A stretch of DNA of 64,000 nt, taken from positions 68,904 through 132,903 of IMG/VR virus record IMGVR_UViG_3300032303_002003, one strand, 5' to 3'. The notes below the pieces were generated by a model. The model worked only from the letters and a program-made list of their open reading frames with translations. It was not told where the DNA came from and ran no database searches. Of the stretch, positions 1-10,176 are shown piece after piece. A program made the translations under genes and the position numbers. The DNA comes from a virus (taxonomy: Duplodnaviria; Caudoviricetes). Every line of letters starts with the position of its first letter. Position 1 is the stretch's first letter.

Positions 1-312
1 AGGTCTTTCATTTGATGAAATGTTATTAACCCACTCTTTGGCAGATGGAATATATCCATTACAATCTTCCTTGACGTGTTGTTCCCCAACATATCTTGTA
101 TATACCGTTTTCCCATCAGAGTTTTTAAATTCCGTACCAAACCTCTGTTCCATTTCAAATATACCTTCGCTATGATGTCTAAACATTCTGTGTAAAGAAT
201 CCCCAAACCATCCTTTGGTTTCATCAAGCCATTCGTGCAGATGAATATAATCCTCCCATTTCCCACCAAATTTCTTGGCAGAACTCTTCGCGTGTAAATT
301 TGGATGAGCCAT
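1..312 (-). CDS. DUF6915-like protein (runs off window start)
   Basis: Manual translation MAHPNLHAKSSAKKFGGKWEDYIHLHEWLDETK...HRMFRHHSEG...VGEQHVKEDC; His-rich pattern recalled for DUF6915; not in ORF track. Confidence 0.7.
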   Translation of the reverse strand, partial: MAHPNLHAKSSAKKFGGKWEDYIHLHEWLDETKGWFGDSLHRMFRHHSEGIFEMEQRFGTEFKNSDGKTVYTRYVGEQHVKEDCNGYIPSAKEWVNNISSNERP

Positions 313-313
313 A

Positions 314-493
314 TTATATTTCTTTAAGTATGTATTCGTGAGCAGAATCGGAGTTTGATTGAAACAACAATCTTGTTTTTTCTGCTTCGGCGTAATCTTC
401 AAAATCTAACACCTCTCCGTGTGTATCTATTATTACTACAGGTACTTTAACACCCTTTTCGGTTAATTCCATTTTTTTAATTATTATCCACAT
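314..493 (-). CDS. small hypothetical protein (59 aa)
   Basis: Manual translation MWIIIKKMELTEKGVKVPVVIIDTHGEVLDFEDY...; fills gap between co-oriented genes. Confidence 0.6.
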   Translation of the reverse strand: MWIIIKKMELTEKGVKVPVVIIDTHGEVLDFEDYAEAEKTRLLFQSNSDSAHEYILKEI

Positions 494-494
494 A

Positions 495-833
495 TTATTT
501 AATTATTTGTATTAAAATTATTATTATAGCCAAAAGTATTGAAATTAATGTTTTAATTGTAAATGGTTCTTTAAATAAAAGTGAACTCATAATACTAAAA
601 ACAATAATACCTATTCCAAAACCTATAAATCTTGATTGCCAAATTTCACCTCCAAAATATAAAACTAAACTTTTTACAGATTGAATATATAACCAACTTA
701 TTGGTATACTCACCAATAATAATATATACGGATGTTTCTCATACCAACCATATTTTACATTACCCTGTAACTGCAAAAAACTACCTATCTGTCCAAACAA
801 TCCATATAACACACCAAAAAATAAGTTATTCAT
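495..833 (-). CDS. small multi-pass membrane protein (SMR/EamA-like size)
   Basis: 112 aa, about four hydrophobic segments. Confidence 0.65.
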   Translation of the reverse strand: MNNLFFGVLYGLFGQIGSFLQLQGNVKYGWYEKHPYILLLVSIPISWLYIQSVKSLVLYFGGEIWQSRFIGFGIGIIVFSIMSSLLFKEPFTIKTLISILLAIIIILIQIIK

Positions 834-996
834 AAAATAAAATTAGTAAAAATATTTGATATTACAAACTTTTTTTTGATATTTATAGTATATCTTCAAA
901 AGAATGTCTTTTGGGATAATATATGAGAAATTGGTTAGTACGAGACGTGATATATCTCAAACCATAAAATTCTAAAATCAATTTATAGAGGAAATC

Positions 997-1020
997 GGGA
1001 GTCATTTGACTCCCATTTTT
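997..1020 (+). terminator. intrinsic terminator
   Basis: GGGAGTC-ATTT-GACTCCC followed by ATTTTT. Confidence 0.7.
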
Positions 1021-1052
1021 ATTTTTAGTATGTTTGAACAAAATAAAATACT

Positions 1053-1364
1053 ATGAAAAAAATTATTAAACATTTGACTTATTTTAGTCGTGAAATTCTA
1101 ATTGTTTCCTTATCTTTGCTTTTATTCATTAATACCATCACACAAAGTAGTGAGAAAAAACTATATCATCTTCAATCAATTGAAAACAAACAATTAAGAA
1201 AAGAATCAGATAGCTTAAAAATGATTAATGATAGTTTAGTTAGTGATAACATCATTATGGAAATGGAATTATACAGACACGAAATGACGAGACAAGAAGT
1301 ATTTTTAAAAAACCCAAAAGTTGGACAAGAATATGAATACTATTTAGGACACTACACAGAATAA
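1053..1364 (+). CDS. membrane-anchored coiled-coil hypothetical protein
   Basis: N-terminal hydrophobic stretch; TATGTTTG (TAnnTTTG) upstream. Confidence 0.65.
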   Translation: MKKIIKHLTYFSREILIVSLSLLLFINTITQSSEKKLYHLQSIENKQLRKESDSLKMINDSLVSDNIIMEMELYRHEMTRQEVFLKNPKVGQEYEYYLGHYTE

Positions 1365-1374
1365 AATATAATAT

Positions 1375-2049
1375 ATGAATATCGGACAAGAATTTACAAG
1401 TTATTACACCAAACATTTGGGTAAAGGTTCTTTGAATTTGCATAACTATGCGGCTCAAATTGAATCATCTATGACACCTTATATCCTTGAAGAACGGGAA
1501 ATGAGGGCGACACAAATCGACATCTTCTCTCGTTTAATGAGAGATAGAATTCTATGGGTTGCCGGTCCTGTTGATGATAGAATGTCTACTATTGTTCAGG
1601 CACAACTTATGTTCTTGGATAATACGGATAAAACTGATATTACTATGCATATTGACTCCGGTGGAGGCTCGGTTAAATCAGGTCTTTCTATGGTTGATGT
1701 GATGAATTACATCGGATGCGATATCAGGACAGTAAACACAGGAATGGCGGCTTCTATGGGTTCAGTATTGCTAGGTGCGGGTACAAAAGGTAAGAGAAGT
1801 TCTTTAAGATTTTCAAGAACGATGCTTCACCAATCATCAGGTGGTTTCCACGGAAATATTCAGGATGCCGAGATTGATATGAAGGAGTGGTACAAAATTA
1901 ACAATACTCTTTTTGAACTTCTTGGTGAATATTGTGGTAAACCCGCAAAACAAGTTATGAAAGATGCCTCAAGGGATTTATGGTTAGATAGTCAGGAATC
2001 TTTAGATTATGGTATTATTGATGAAATTGTTAAAACAAAAAAGAAGTAA
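1375..2049 (+). CDS. clpP: ATP-dependent Clp protease proteolytic subunit
   Basis: DIFSRLMRDRI, AQLMFL, GMAASMGSVLL (Ser), MLHQ (His), RDLWL (Asp), YGIIDEI. Confidence 0.95.
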   Translation: MNIGQEFTSYYTKHLGKGSLNLHNYAAQIESSMTPYILEEREMRATQIDIFSRLMRDRILWVAGPVDDRMSTIVQAQLMFLDNTDKTDITMHIDSGGGSVKSGLSMVDVMNYIGCDIRTVNTGMAASMGSVLLGAGTKGKRSSLRFSRTMLHQSSGGFHGNIQDAEIDMKEWYKINNTLFELLGEYCGKPAKQVMKDASRDLWLDSQESLDYGIIDEIVKTKKK

Positions 2050-2051
2050 TG

Positions 2052-2084
2052 AAAAAAAAGGGTGTCTTTCGACACCCTCCTTTT
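2052..2084. terminator. bidirectional terminator
   Basis: GGGTGTC-TTTC-GACACCC flanked by A and T runs between convergent genes. Confidence 0.7.
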
Positions 2085-2156
2085 AGATTTTGGAACACCC
2101 CCTTTTTTTTAAAAATACTCATTTATATCTAGGACTTTTAAATCCGTCGATACTCT

Positions 2157-2819
2157 TTAGTTACCACCTTGTAGTTTGGTAACAATATCTTTAGCATTAC
2201 CTGAAAATTTATCAAATAATGAACAAATAGGACCTGAAATTTTAGCTTCCATATCGTTAATGAAATCTGAACCTGAAATTTTTCCACCTAATGTATTTCT
2301 TATATAATCGTAAATCATACTACCTTTCTCCGCCTCATCTTGCATTTTCATAATTAAACCTTCAGCAAAAGATTCTAAAAGTAATTTAGTCATCTGATGA
2401 CAATCTTGGAATGCGGCAATTAATTTTCTTGGGTCAGTTGTTATAAGTGAGATAACCGTTTTTTTAACAATACCTTGTGATGTGAAACCTATGGCGGTTA
2501 ATATTTTATCAACCAATGGTTCAGCAATAGTTTCAATTGCACTCTTACCAAAAACATTACCAAATAATTTTTTCAAAATATCCAAAAAACCAATATCTTC
2601 TGTTATCAATAAATTATTTTGAAGGTATGCAAATTCTCTAAAGAGAGTAAATGCAAGTTTTTCTTGTTTACTCTTAGGTAATTTTTTAAAGTTTTTTATG
2701 TTATTAACATCTTCAACAATAATCATAATTCTACTTTTGATTATTTGTTGTTCAATTAATAAAGTTTCTTTTTTTTCTTTAGCTTCAACTATTGCTCTTC
2801 TAATATTTTTTTCTAACAT
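2157..2819 (-). CDS. putative virion/internal protein, helical
   Basis: 220 aa; leader-like NIRRAIVE start, LIE/ITE motifs; last gene of minus-strand run. Confidence 0.6.
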   Translation of the reverse strand: MLEKNIRRAIVEAKEKKETLLIEQQIIKSRIMIIVEDVNNIKNFKKLPKSKQEKLAFTLFREFAYLQNNLLITEDIGFLDILKKLFGNVFGKSAIETIAEPLVDKILTAIGFTSQGIVKKTVISLITTDPRKLIAAFQDCHQMTKLLLESFAEGLIMKMQDEAEKGSMIYDYIRNTLGGKISGSDFINDMEAKISGPICSLFDKFSGNAKDIVTKLQGGN

Positions 2820-2840
2820 AATAATTAATTGTTTTTTCTA

Positions 2841-3953
2841 TTAAGAATAATAATTTTTAGGACATAGTCTCCAAGTATTTGGATTTGTTTTTTTCGTTTT
2901 ATTATCTATACAAGGTTGACTAGCGTTAGGTTGTCGCTGCCCTTCATATTCAGTAGTAACACAAGTTAAAACATCAATAATTTTATCATAATTTTTTTCT
3001 CCACTGAATAATCCACCCCAATTATCATAATATTGTCTAACACAACTTTGAGCATTTTTCTTATCTTCAAAATTAGGTGTATCAAATTCACTCTGTTTAA
3101 AATCATCCCAATATGTTTGTATAATATTTTTACATTCTTTTCTATTATACGTGTTAGCCTCTATTCTTTTTCTCGCCTTTAATTGAGTTGCGCCAGCATC
3201 TTTAACCATTCCGGATTTAGGTCTATACATTGTTAAACCACCTGGAAAAACATTTTCACTATTAGGAATTTTATATGGTACATATTCGTATTGATTAGTC
3301 GCATTCTCTAAATCACCACATAATAACCAAGTGGCGTTTTGTACATCAGCACTTTTAATTTTGTCAACAAAATCTTTTTGTCTTTTATCTAATCCATTAT
3401 ATTTTGGACACGCCGAATTTTCACCTCTTTTAGCTCTATAGAATAGTCTTCCTTCAAATTTTGCTTTCTCCCAAGTAATTCCTTCACCACCAGGATTTAA
3501 AATAAGTGGTTTTACACCATTAGCATCTGGAGTATTTGCCTCATCCCAAGTCATCCATCCACCGCCTTGTTCTGTATTTTTTAAATCTGAGATTTTAGAA
3601 TTGTTAACACATCTCCACTTAGCCCAATTACCCATACTATCTTTAACTCTAACAGATTTATTATTTTCAAAAGTGCGTACTGAATGTTCCTTATCTAAAT
3701 AAAAATAACGATATATAGGAGGACTTGTTTGACCACTCATCTTAACAGCCCATCTAGTCTCTGGAGTATCACCACCACTAACTGGAACTACTTCAGCTGG
3801 TCTTGGAAAACATCCTGTATCTACAAGATTTTGTAACTCTTGTTGTATTGCATCAGTTTGTTCTAAAATAACTCGTTTTCTTGGATTATGCTTATCGTGC
3901 ATTTCCAAAATTCTTTTAATTTCATTTGTGTCTACAATATATTTTGCTTTCAT
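2841..3953 (-). CDS. putative virion protein with EIKRILEM-type leader
   Basis: 370 aa ORF, leader shared with neighbours. Confidence 0.6.
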   Translation of the reverse strand: MKAKYIVDTNEIKRILEMHDKHNPRKRVILEQTDAIQQELQNLVDTGCFPRPAEVVPVSGGDTPETRWAVKMSGQTSPPIYRYFYLDKEHSVRTFENNKSVRVKDSMGNWAKWRCVNNSKISDLKNTEQGGGWMTWDEANTPDANGVKPLILNPGGEGITWEKAKFEGRLFYRAKRGENSACPKYNGLDKRQKDFVDKIKSADVQNATWLLCGDLENATNQYEYVPYKIPNSENVFPGGLTMYRPKSGMVKDAGATQLKARKRIEANTYNRKECKNIIQTYWDDFKQSEFDTPNFEDKKNAQSCVRQYYDNWGGLFSGEKNYDKIIDVLTCVTTEYEGQRQPNASQPCIDNKTKKTNPNTWRLCPKNYYS

Positions 3954-3958
3954 AATAA

Positions 3959-4690
3959 TTAATATTCGGCTTCAGCAGCGTTTTCTTCTTCTCCGCTACC
4001 ATAATTTATTTCATCATCTTTTTTAACTGGTTTTGGTTCAATTTTAACAGGAGGTTTTACAGGTGAAGAAGACTTATCTTTAACCAATTCAATCCAAGTT
4101 TTTGGACCAACTACACCATCAGGTGTTAATCCTTTTGAATTTTGAAAATCAATAACCATTTGTTTTGTTCTACCACCAAATACTCCATCAATTGTTCCGT
4201 CTTTACTGAAATTAGGAAATCCGTGTTTTTTAAGATGTTTTTGTATTTCTTTAACAATATCACCCTTAACACATTTTTTGATAAAAGTTCCTGAAATAAT
4301 ATCAGCACCTGTTGCAGTCGTTGTTGGACAAGCCGCCGGTGATGGTGATGGATTTGGTCCTGGCGCCGGTGATGGTGGTGGGATTACAGGTGGGTTTGGT
4401 ACAGGTGGTGTAGAAGTACAAAATGGTTCAGTTTTTGCCCAATTTAAATCACAACAATATTCTTTGAAAAAATCTTCGGACGTAAGTGGTATTCCGTCGC
4501 TATCCATTATAGGTCTTTTAACATTATTAAAATATAAATATATACCTTTAGAACCCTTACGAGTTTCAAACATATTTAAAAAAGAATCAATGCTGTCAAC
4601 TTTTTTATTATTTTCATCAAATAAATAAATATTTTTTTCGTCGACTATCGACATATAAGTTTTATAAAGTATTTTTCGTTTTTTTAACAT
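3959..4690 (-). CDS. peptidoglycan-binding (PG_binding_1) domain protein with Pro-rich linker
   Basis: VKEIQKHL...DGVFGGRTKQMVIDFQNSKGLTPDGVVGPKTW. Confidence 0.8.
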   Translation of the reverse strand: MLKKRKILYKTYMSIVDEKNIYLFDENNKKVDSIDSFLNMFETRKGSKGIYLYFNNVKRPIMDSDGIPLTSEDFFKEYCCDLNWAKTEPFCTSTPPVPNPPVIPPPSPAPGPNPSPSPAACPTTTATGADIISGTFIKKCVKGDIVKEIQKHLKKHGFPNFSKDGTIDGVFGGRTKQMVIDFQNSKGLTPDGVVGPKTWIELVKDKSSSPVKPPVKIEPKPVKKDDEINYGSGEEENAAEAEY

Positions 4691-4698
4691 TTTTATAA

Positions 4699-5793
4699 TT
4701 ATTTTTCATAAATAGGATTCCCATCAACATCATATCCTATAATTTTTTTATCATCTTTCTTTTCTTCGGGTTTAGTCTCATCAGGGTTAGTTTCATCATC
4801 CTTTTTATCTTTGCCTGAATCATCGAAGAGTTTTTTATCCGCGGCAGAACAAAAAGTTTTCAAGATTGGTTTATCACAAATAGTGGTAAATAATCCATAA
4901 GCTATATATCCGCCAAATAAAGTTGCTCCAATTTTAATTGCCGCCCATAAATTTCCTGGTGTAATATTTTTTTTAGAACCTTCCCAAAAACTTTTCCACC
5001 ACTTTATTTTCCTTTGTACTATTGGGTCGGTAGTTTTTTCAATTGCGGTCAATGCATCTTCTAATTTTTTACCAAATATTTCTAATGCATTCTGTGCTTG
5101 CACTTTTTCTAGTTTTGATAAATTTGTAAATTTATTTTCGGCATCTTTAGCAGCGGTATTTAAAATTTTTATTTCTTCTTCTGTAAACATTTTTTCTTGG
5201 CTAGGTGTCAATTTGAAGTAAGCAATTGCTTCTGCATTTAAAGTAGATGTTGTTGGTCCAACAATTGGAGACGATTTTACATTCGGTTCCCATTTTTCCC
5301 AAAAAATTCTATTTTCATCTGATACCAAACCATATTTTTCCGCGGTTCTAACTATTCTATTATGGTCTTTTGTTGCATTCCATAAATTTTCAAAATCAGA
5401 ATAATTAGATGCCGCACTTTTACTTACAATTCCATCCGCAATTTCTTGGAATATTTGTTTATCTTTTGATAAAATGGCATCAAAAAGAATTCTTGTTGCA
5501 GATGCATCTTTAACCAAGTTATCAACTAAATTTTCAGCACTCTGAGTTGCCCCTTGGGTAACTTCTTCACCGATTTTTTCAAATTTACTTAAAGCACTTG
5601 CATCTGTTGAAATTGATTTCTCAATCGCTTCTAATGAAGCCCTGTCTAACGCCTTTGTACCTGAAATTCCAAATCTTTCAAGAACTTTTTCAATTCCTTC
5701 AATAACTCCAGGTGTTCCTAAAGCTTCATTAAGTAATTTTAAACCAATAATTTCTCTGAATCTATTTATCTCAGATAATATTTCTTTCTTCAT
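4699..5793 (-). CDS. putative virion protein, EINRFREI leader, C-terminal hydrophobic helix
   Basis: 364 aa; LWAAIKIGATLFGGYIAYGLF segment; TATTTAT upstream at 5807-5813. Confidence 0.6.
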   Translation of the reverse strand: MKKEILSEINRFREIIGLKLLNEALGTPGVIEGIEKVLERFGISGTKALDRASLEAIEKSISTDASALSKFEKIGEEVTQGATQSAENLVDNLVKDASATRILFDAILSKDKQIFQEIADGIVSKSAASNYSDFENLWNATKDHNRIVRTAEKYGLVSDENRIFWEKWEPNVKSSPIVGPTTSTLNAEAIAYFKLTPSQEKMFTEEEIKILNTAAKDAENKFTNLSKLEKVQAQNALEIFGKKLEDALTAIEKTTDPIVQRKIKWWKSFWEGSKKNITPGNLWAAIKIGATLFGGYIAYGLFTTICDKPILKTFCSAADKKLFDDSGKDKKDDETNPDETKPEEKKDDKKIIGYDVDGNPIYEK

Positions 5794-5837
5794 AATATTT
5801 TTATTTATAAATATATTTAATATATAAAAAATTTATT

Positions 5838-8567
5838 TTATTCTGTTTTTTTAATGTTTTGACCATTTTCAGAATCTTCCATATCATTATAATATTTTAA
5901 AACTTCTTCATTATTTCCATTATAAAACCACGTACCAATTGGAGGATTAGAAGAGTTTATAATTTTTATAAAATCATCTTCTGTATAGTTTATTTGTTTT
6001 TTTGTTTGTTTATCTGTGAAAGTAATATATTTTTCTTTCTTTTTTTGTCCTGCAATCGCCTCTTGAATCTCCTTATTAATTTCATCTCTAACTTGTTGGG
6101 CCTTTTCTTTGGGTATTGTTGTAACAGTATAACCTTCTATAAGTTTTGCCTTTTCTTTTATAATAAAATCTTTTTTTCCTTTAATGACATCAGAAGATAA
6201 AACTGCTTTTTGTTCATTGGATAAACTAACATTTAATGCAATTTGTTCCAAATAAATTCTCATAATCAATTGTTGATTTGGACTCAAATTATTCATGTAA
6301 GTTTTGGCGGCTCTTTTTTCTTGTTCAGTTTCTATACAATTCTTACAAAATTGGTTGATAAATTCAACAGTTTTGTCATGTAAATCTTCAATAGTTTTCA
6401 TTACTTTAAAATCAGTATATATGGTTGCCCCAAATTTGACAATTCCCGGAATTTTTCTAACTTTAGATGTTTTTTCAGCAAAATTTTCAAGGTTTGAAAA
6501 AACATTTTTAAAATCGTTTTCACTTAAAGACATGCTTTTTCTAAAAATTAAAGATTCTTCTTTTGTTAAAAATCCTGAGGCCAAAAATTGTTCCATTTGT
6601 TTAGGAGTATTTAATAATCCTTCATTTAATGAGCTAATTTTTTCTGCAAGACTTTTTGTAACATCAACTGTTAATTCTTCCGCCTTAAATATATTTGCAA
6701 CCTTACCATATATCTTATGTATTTGTGGTAAACAAGCAAAGAAAAATGACAATGCAGCCTCTTTAGTATCTCCTTTGGCAAGTTGATAAGTTCCAACACT
6801 AACATTCATTATGATATCTGCAGCTGTTGCAGCACCAACTAACCAAGGTGCAGCACCGCCCATAGTACAAATAGTTGTAATTGTTGCAATCCCTAACTGA
6901 GCCCATATTAACCATTCATCAATAAAATAATCAAAAGCATTTCTATTATCATATCCATAATTTTGAATTGTGCCACTAACCATAGCTTTTAACTTATTAT
7001 ATTCATCTTTTTGCTCATCAGTTAAATAATTATAAACAAATTCCATCACAGTACCATTTGATGTACCATCCATATCAAAATTTGTAACCTCAAACTGATG
7101 TGACTCTTCAAATTCTTTTAATTTTTGTTTCGCAGTACTTAATTCTTGTTTAAATTTAATTTTTAATTCCGGACAAATACCTGTTGGAAATTTTTCATCA
7201 TAATATTTGTTGATTAAATTAGTTATTTGAACTCTACAATTATTACTTGGTGTTTTTGACTCTTCTTTTGTTGCGGCAATTTGAACGGAACTAGGTAATG
7301 TAGATGGTCTAGGAAATTTATTGGAAATTATTTTTCCTGACTCATCAAGAAAATATTTATCCCATTCTTTGCTATAAGCACAACTCAAATCCAATGGATT
7401 TGTAATTATTTCATATAATTCAGTTAAAAAATCTTCATAACAAAAAGGACTAAATCCTTTTGGGGTCGTTATTTCTAAATTAGGAGTTAATCTTTGTTCA
7501 AATTTTTCTCCTGCAATTCTCATATGCTGCTCTACTCTGTTTTCTAAATTTGCCTTATTTACACTACATCTCAACTGACCTTCACTAGTTGTTATTAGTA
7601 AATTATAATCAAATTGATTTCCGTCATCAATTAACGATGGACTACCACCACCATAATATCTATTATTTTTTACTTTTTCATATAAACTTTTAAGATTTAT
7701 TAATCTTGACATATCAACCTTTACAATAACATATCCTGTATAATTTGGAGGAATTTCTTTACTTGTAAATTCAAAATCAGTTACTTCATCCATCCACTCT
7801 TGAGCGTTTTTTTGACCTAAATAATCACTCTGATACGATGTCGCATATATTTCAACTTTTTCTATTTTTAAAGGTCTATCAGTGTTGTTATTACTTATTT
7901 CATAGGTTATTGTAGTTGCTTTTGGAAAATTTTGATACCCAAATTCTATTGGTTTATCTTTACTTATTTTAACACTAACTAACCCCGTGTTATCTTTTGG
8001 GTCATCGGTCTTCCAATTATATGGAGTTTGAGGTCTTTCACCTTTGTATAACACATTTTTTGTTCCTTCTCCACTTGAATTATAAACATAATAACCTTTA
8101 AAATAATAACCATTAAATTTATCTTTAGGGTCTCCTCCTTTTTTTTGGGTTATATAGGCTCTCATTTCATCACCATTTTCTTTTTCAAATGAAGAAACTG
8201 AGGGGATATTTAAAAACTCTTGAAACAATTCTTTATTCCACAACTGGCCAGTTGAACCTGTAAATTTACTACCATCATTTGCAACCCAATTTGAAGGGTC
8301 TGCTGTTGTGTCAAAAATATCTGTTATTATTATATTTGAAGGTGCGTATAACGAAAATTTACCGTCTGGTGATTTTATTCTATTATTTTGATAAACTTGT
8401 TTAATTTCATCCGTACTATATTTAGGAGAAGTTGGGAATGATTGTGGGGCCTCAATAATTAAACTTTTTTTATTTTCTGTTAAAGTTTTTTTTGTGTCAT
8501 AATTCATTAATAACTTCATTCTATGAAGTAATTCATTTGTTTCTTGAATTGTAAAATTTTTCTTCAT
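5838..8567 (-). CDS. large putative virion/ejection protein with central hydrophobic hairpin
   Basis: 909 aa; leader ELLHRMKLLMNYDTKKTLTEN; hydrophobic WAQLGIATITTICTMGGAAPWLVGAATAADII. Confidence 0.6.
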   Translation of the reverse strand: MKKNFTIQETNELLHRMKLLMNYDTKKTLTENKKSLIIEAPQSFPTSPKYSTDEIKQVYQNNRIKSPDGKFSLYAPSNIIITDIFDTTADPSNWVANDGSKFTGSTGQLWNKELFQEFLNIPSVSSFEKENGDEMRAYITQKKGGDPKDKFNGYYFKGYYVYNSSGEGTKNVLYKGERPQTPYNWKTDDPKDNTGLVSVKISKDKPIEFGYQNFPKATTITYEISNNNTDRPLKIEKVEIYATSYQSDYLGQKNAQEWMDEVTDFEFTSKEIPPNYTGYVIVKVDMSRLINLKSLYEKVKNNRYYGGGSPSLIDDGNQFDYNLLITTSEGQLRCSVNKANLENRVEQHMRIAGEKFEQRLTPNLEITTPKGFSPFCYEDFLTELYEIITNPLDLSCAYSKEWDKYFLDESGKIISNKFPRPSTLPSSVQIAATKEESKTPSNNCRVQITNLINKYYDEKFPTGICPELKIKFKQELSTAKQKLKEFEESHQFEVTNFDMDGTSNGTVMEFVYNYLTDEQKDEYNKLKAMVSGTIQNYGYDNRNAFDYFIDEWLIWAQLGIATITTICTMGGAAPWLVGAATAADIIMNVSVGTYQLAKGDTKEAALSFFFACLPQIHKIYGKVANIFKAEELTVDVTKSLAEKISSLNEGLLNTPKQMEQFLASGFLTKEESLIFRKSMSLSENDFKNVFSNLENFAEKTSKVRKIPGIVKFGATIYTDFKVMKTIEDLHDKTVEFINQFCKNCIETEQEKRAAKTYMNNLSPNQQLIMRIYLEQIALNVSLSNEQKAVLSSDVIKGKKDFIIKEKAKLIEGYTVTTIPKEKAQQVRDEINKEIQEAIAGQKKKEKYITFTDKQTKKQINYTEDDFIKIINSSNPPIGTWFYNGNNEEVLKYYNDMEDSENGQNIKKTE

Positions 8568-8570
8568 TGA

Positions 8571-8825
8571 TTACCAAGTTTGATTTGCAACACCTCTTTT
8601 AACACCAGTGTTCCATACTTCACCTTTTTTACCTAACATATTAGCCTTACTTCTTGCAGGTCCCCCAACAATATCCGCCCATTGTGGCATTGCCTTTCCA
8701 CCACCACCTGATGGTGATGAGGAACTACTAGCACCTGCGGTCTCCTGTTCAGTAAATTCTTCTTTACTTTCGGATTTTGTATTATTTTTATAAAATTTGA
8801 TTAAAAAATCTACGTCTAAATTCAT
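8571..8825 (-). CDS. small conserved-type phage protein
   Basis: 84 aa; FTEQE then Gly/Ser linker and two W..RG/RS.AN repeats; TATTTAT 5 nt upstream. Confidence 0.65.
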   Translation of the reverse strand: MNLDVDFLIKFYKNNTKSESKEEFTEQETAGASSSSSPSGGGGKAMPQWADIVGGPARSKANMLGKKGEVWNTGVKRGVANQTW

Positions 8826-8837
8826 AACTTATAAATA

Positions 8838-9161
8838 TCAGTAAAATTCGGATTTCGGTATTGATTTAGAATTTATTGTATAATACTCATTTAAGAAAGA
8901 TATTAGTATGTCTTCATCTAATTCAGTTTCATCTGTGGTAGGTTCATCTTCGTCATCATCCTCAAAAAAATCAAATGATTCTGTCTCTAATTCATATCCG
9001 TATTCTTCTGCTAATGTGTAGTCAATTTGGTCGTTTCTTAAAACATCCTCGTTATCATCTATTGTTCTGAAACTTACTTCTAATATATTTGAATCTGTAT
9101 TGAGGAAGTAAGATATTATTTCTTTAATTTCCATATGGTTTGTTTTATAAAGAAATATCAC
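8838..9161 (-). CDS. acidic hypothetical protein
   Basis: ORF track; likely start at MEIKEII. Confidence 0.65.
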   Translation of the reverse strand: MIFLYKTNHMEIKEIISYFLNTDSNILEVSFRTIDDNEDVLRNDQIDYTLAEEYGYELETESFDFFEDDDEDEPTTDETELDEDILISFLNEYYTINSKSIPKSEFY

Positions 9162-9187
9162 AAAATATATGAAAATCTACATTTGCA

Positions 9188-9214
9188 TAAAAAAACCCTC
9201 CGTTTTGGAGGGTT
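9188..9214 (-). terminator. intrinsic terminator
   Basis: AACCCTCC-loop-GGAGGGTT with U-tail on minus strand. Confidence 0.65.
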
Positions 9215-9220
9215 AATTTT

Positions 9221-9991
9221 TTAATTATATCTATTCATTCGGTTGAACATCTCATTTATCTTTGTTTTTTGTGTGATAAATGATTCTTTAATATCTTCAT
9301 CAATTTCTTCCCAATCAATATCTTCAACATCACCCATTTTTCTTTTCATTCTTTTTGGTGCTGTGTCTCTTTCTCCGTAATCTACTAAATCATAAAATTT
9401 ATCGCTATAATCTGTAAAATCATCATAATCATTTGTATCATAAAAACCTTCTTCCATTTCTTGCTCATTACGAGTATATGGTCCTTGAGCTTGATTAGGC
9501 CCATCAGATTTAAAATCATACGCCTCAAAATCAATATCAGAATATAATGGACTTGGTCCTGAAATTTCATCTAACTCATCAGAAAATGCAGATTCCATTT
9601 GTTCGTATTCAACTTCTTCGTCTGTGTAATCAAATTTATTTTTTGATTTATTAAATGGTTTTGCAACATCATAAATCCCTTCTTCTTCCATATCTTCTTC
9701 CATATATCCTCTTCCACATTCCATACATTCTCCTTCCATTAATGGTGAACCGCATTCAGAACATACTTCTTTTGATTCTTTCATATAAATTTTATTGTTA
9801 TATGAACTAACTTCGCCTGAACCATTAACGGTAATGCCTTCTTTATCATTTGCAAAATCTTGAACATAAAGTGGTTGTTCGTTTTGAACTTCGTTCTGCA
9901 TTCTTTTGTATCCGTTATAAACTTCTCTGTGTTTACCTAAAATGTCTGACTTCTCATCATTTGATAATTGTCCTAAAGTATAAAATCTCAT
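9221..9991 (-). CDS. acidic protein with CxxC/CxxC zinc ribbon, scaffold-like
   Basis: CSECGSPLMEGECMECG; very acidic; many xxE motifs; TATTTAT upstream. Confidence 0.6.
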   Translation of the reverse strand: MRFYTLGQLSNDEKSDILGKHREVYNGYKRMQNEVQNEQPLYVQDFANDKEGITVNGSGEVSSYNNKIYMKESKEVCSECGSPLMEGECMECGRGYMEEDMEEEGIYDVAKPFNKSKNKFDYTDEEVEYEQMESAFSDELDEISGPSPLYSDIDFEAYDFKSDGPNQAQGPYTRNEQEMEEGFYDTNDYDDFTDYSDKFYDLVDYGERDTAPKRMKRKMGDVEDIDWEEIDEDIKESFITQKTKINEMFNRMNRYN

Positions 9992-10176
9992 AATATATTA
10001 TTTTATAATAAATACATTCTTATTTGAGAAATTATTGATTATTGATTTTATTTCTTTTATCTTTGTGGAAACAAGTTGAATTCTTTTTTTTCTGATAGTT
10101 TATTGGTAGTTTACTAGAGAACTAATTTGAATTCACTTGTTTTTTTTAAACATTAACAAAACAACAAAAAATAATT

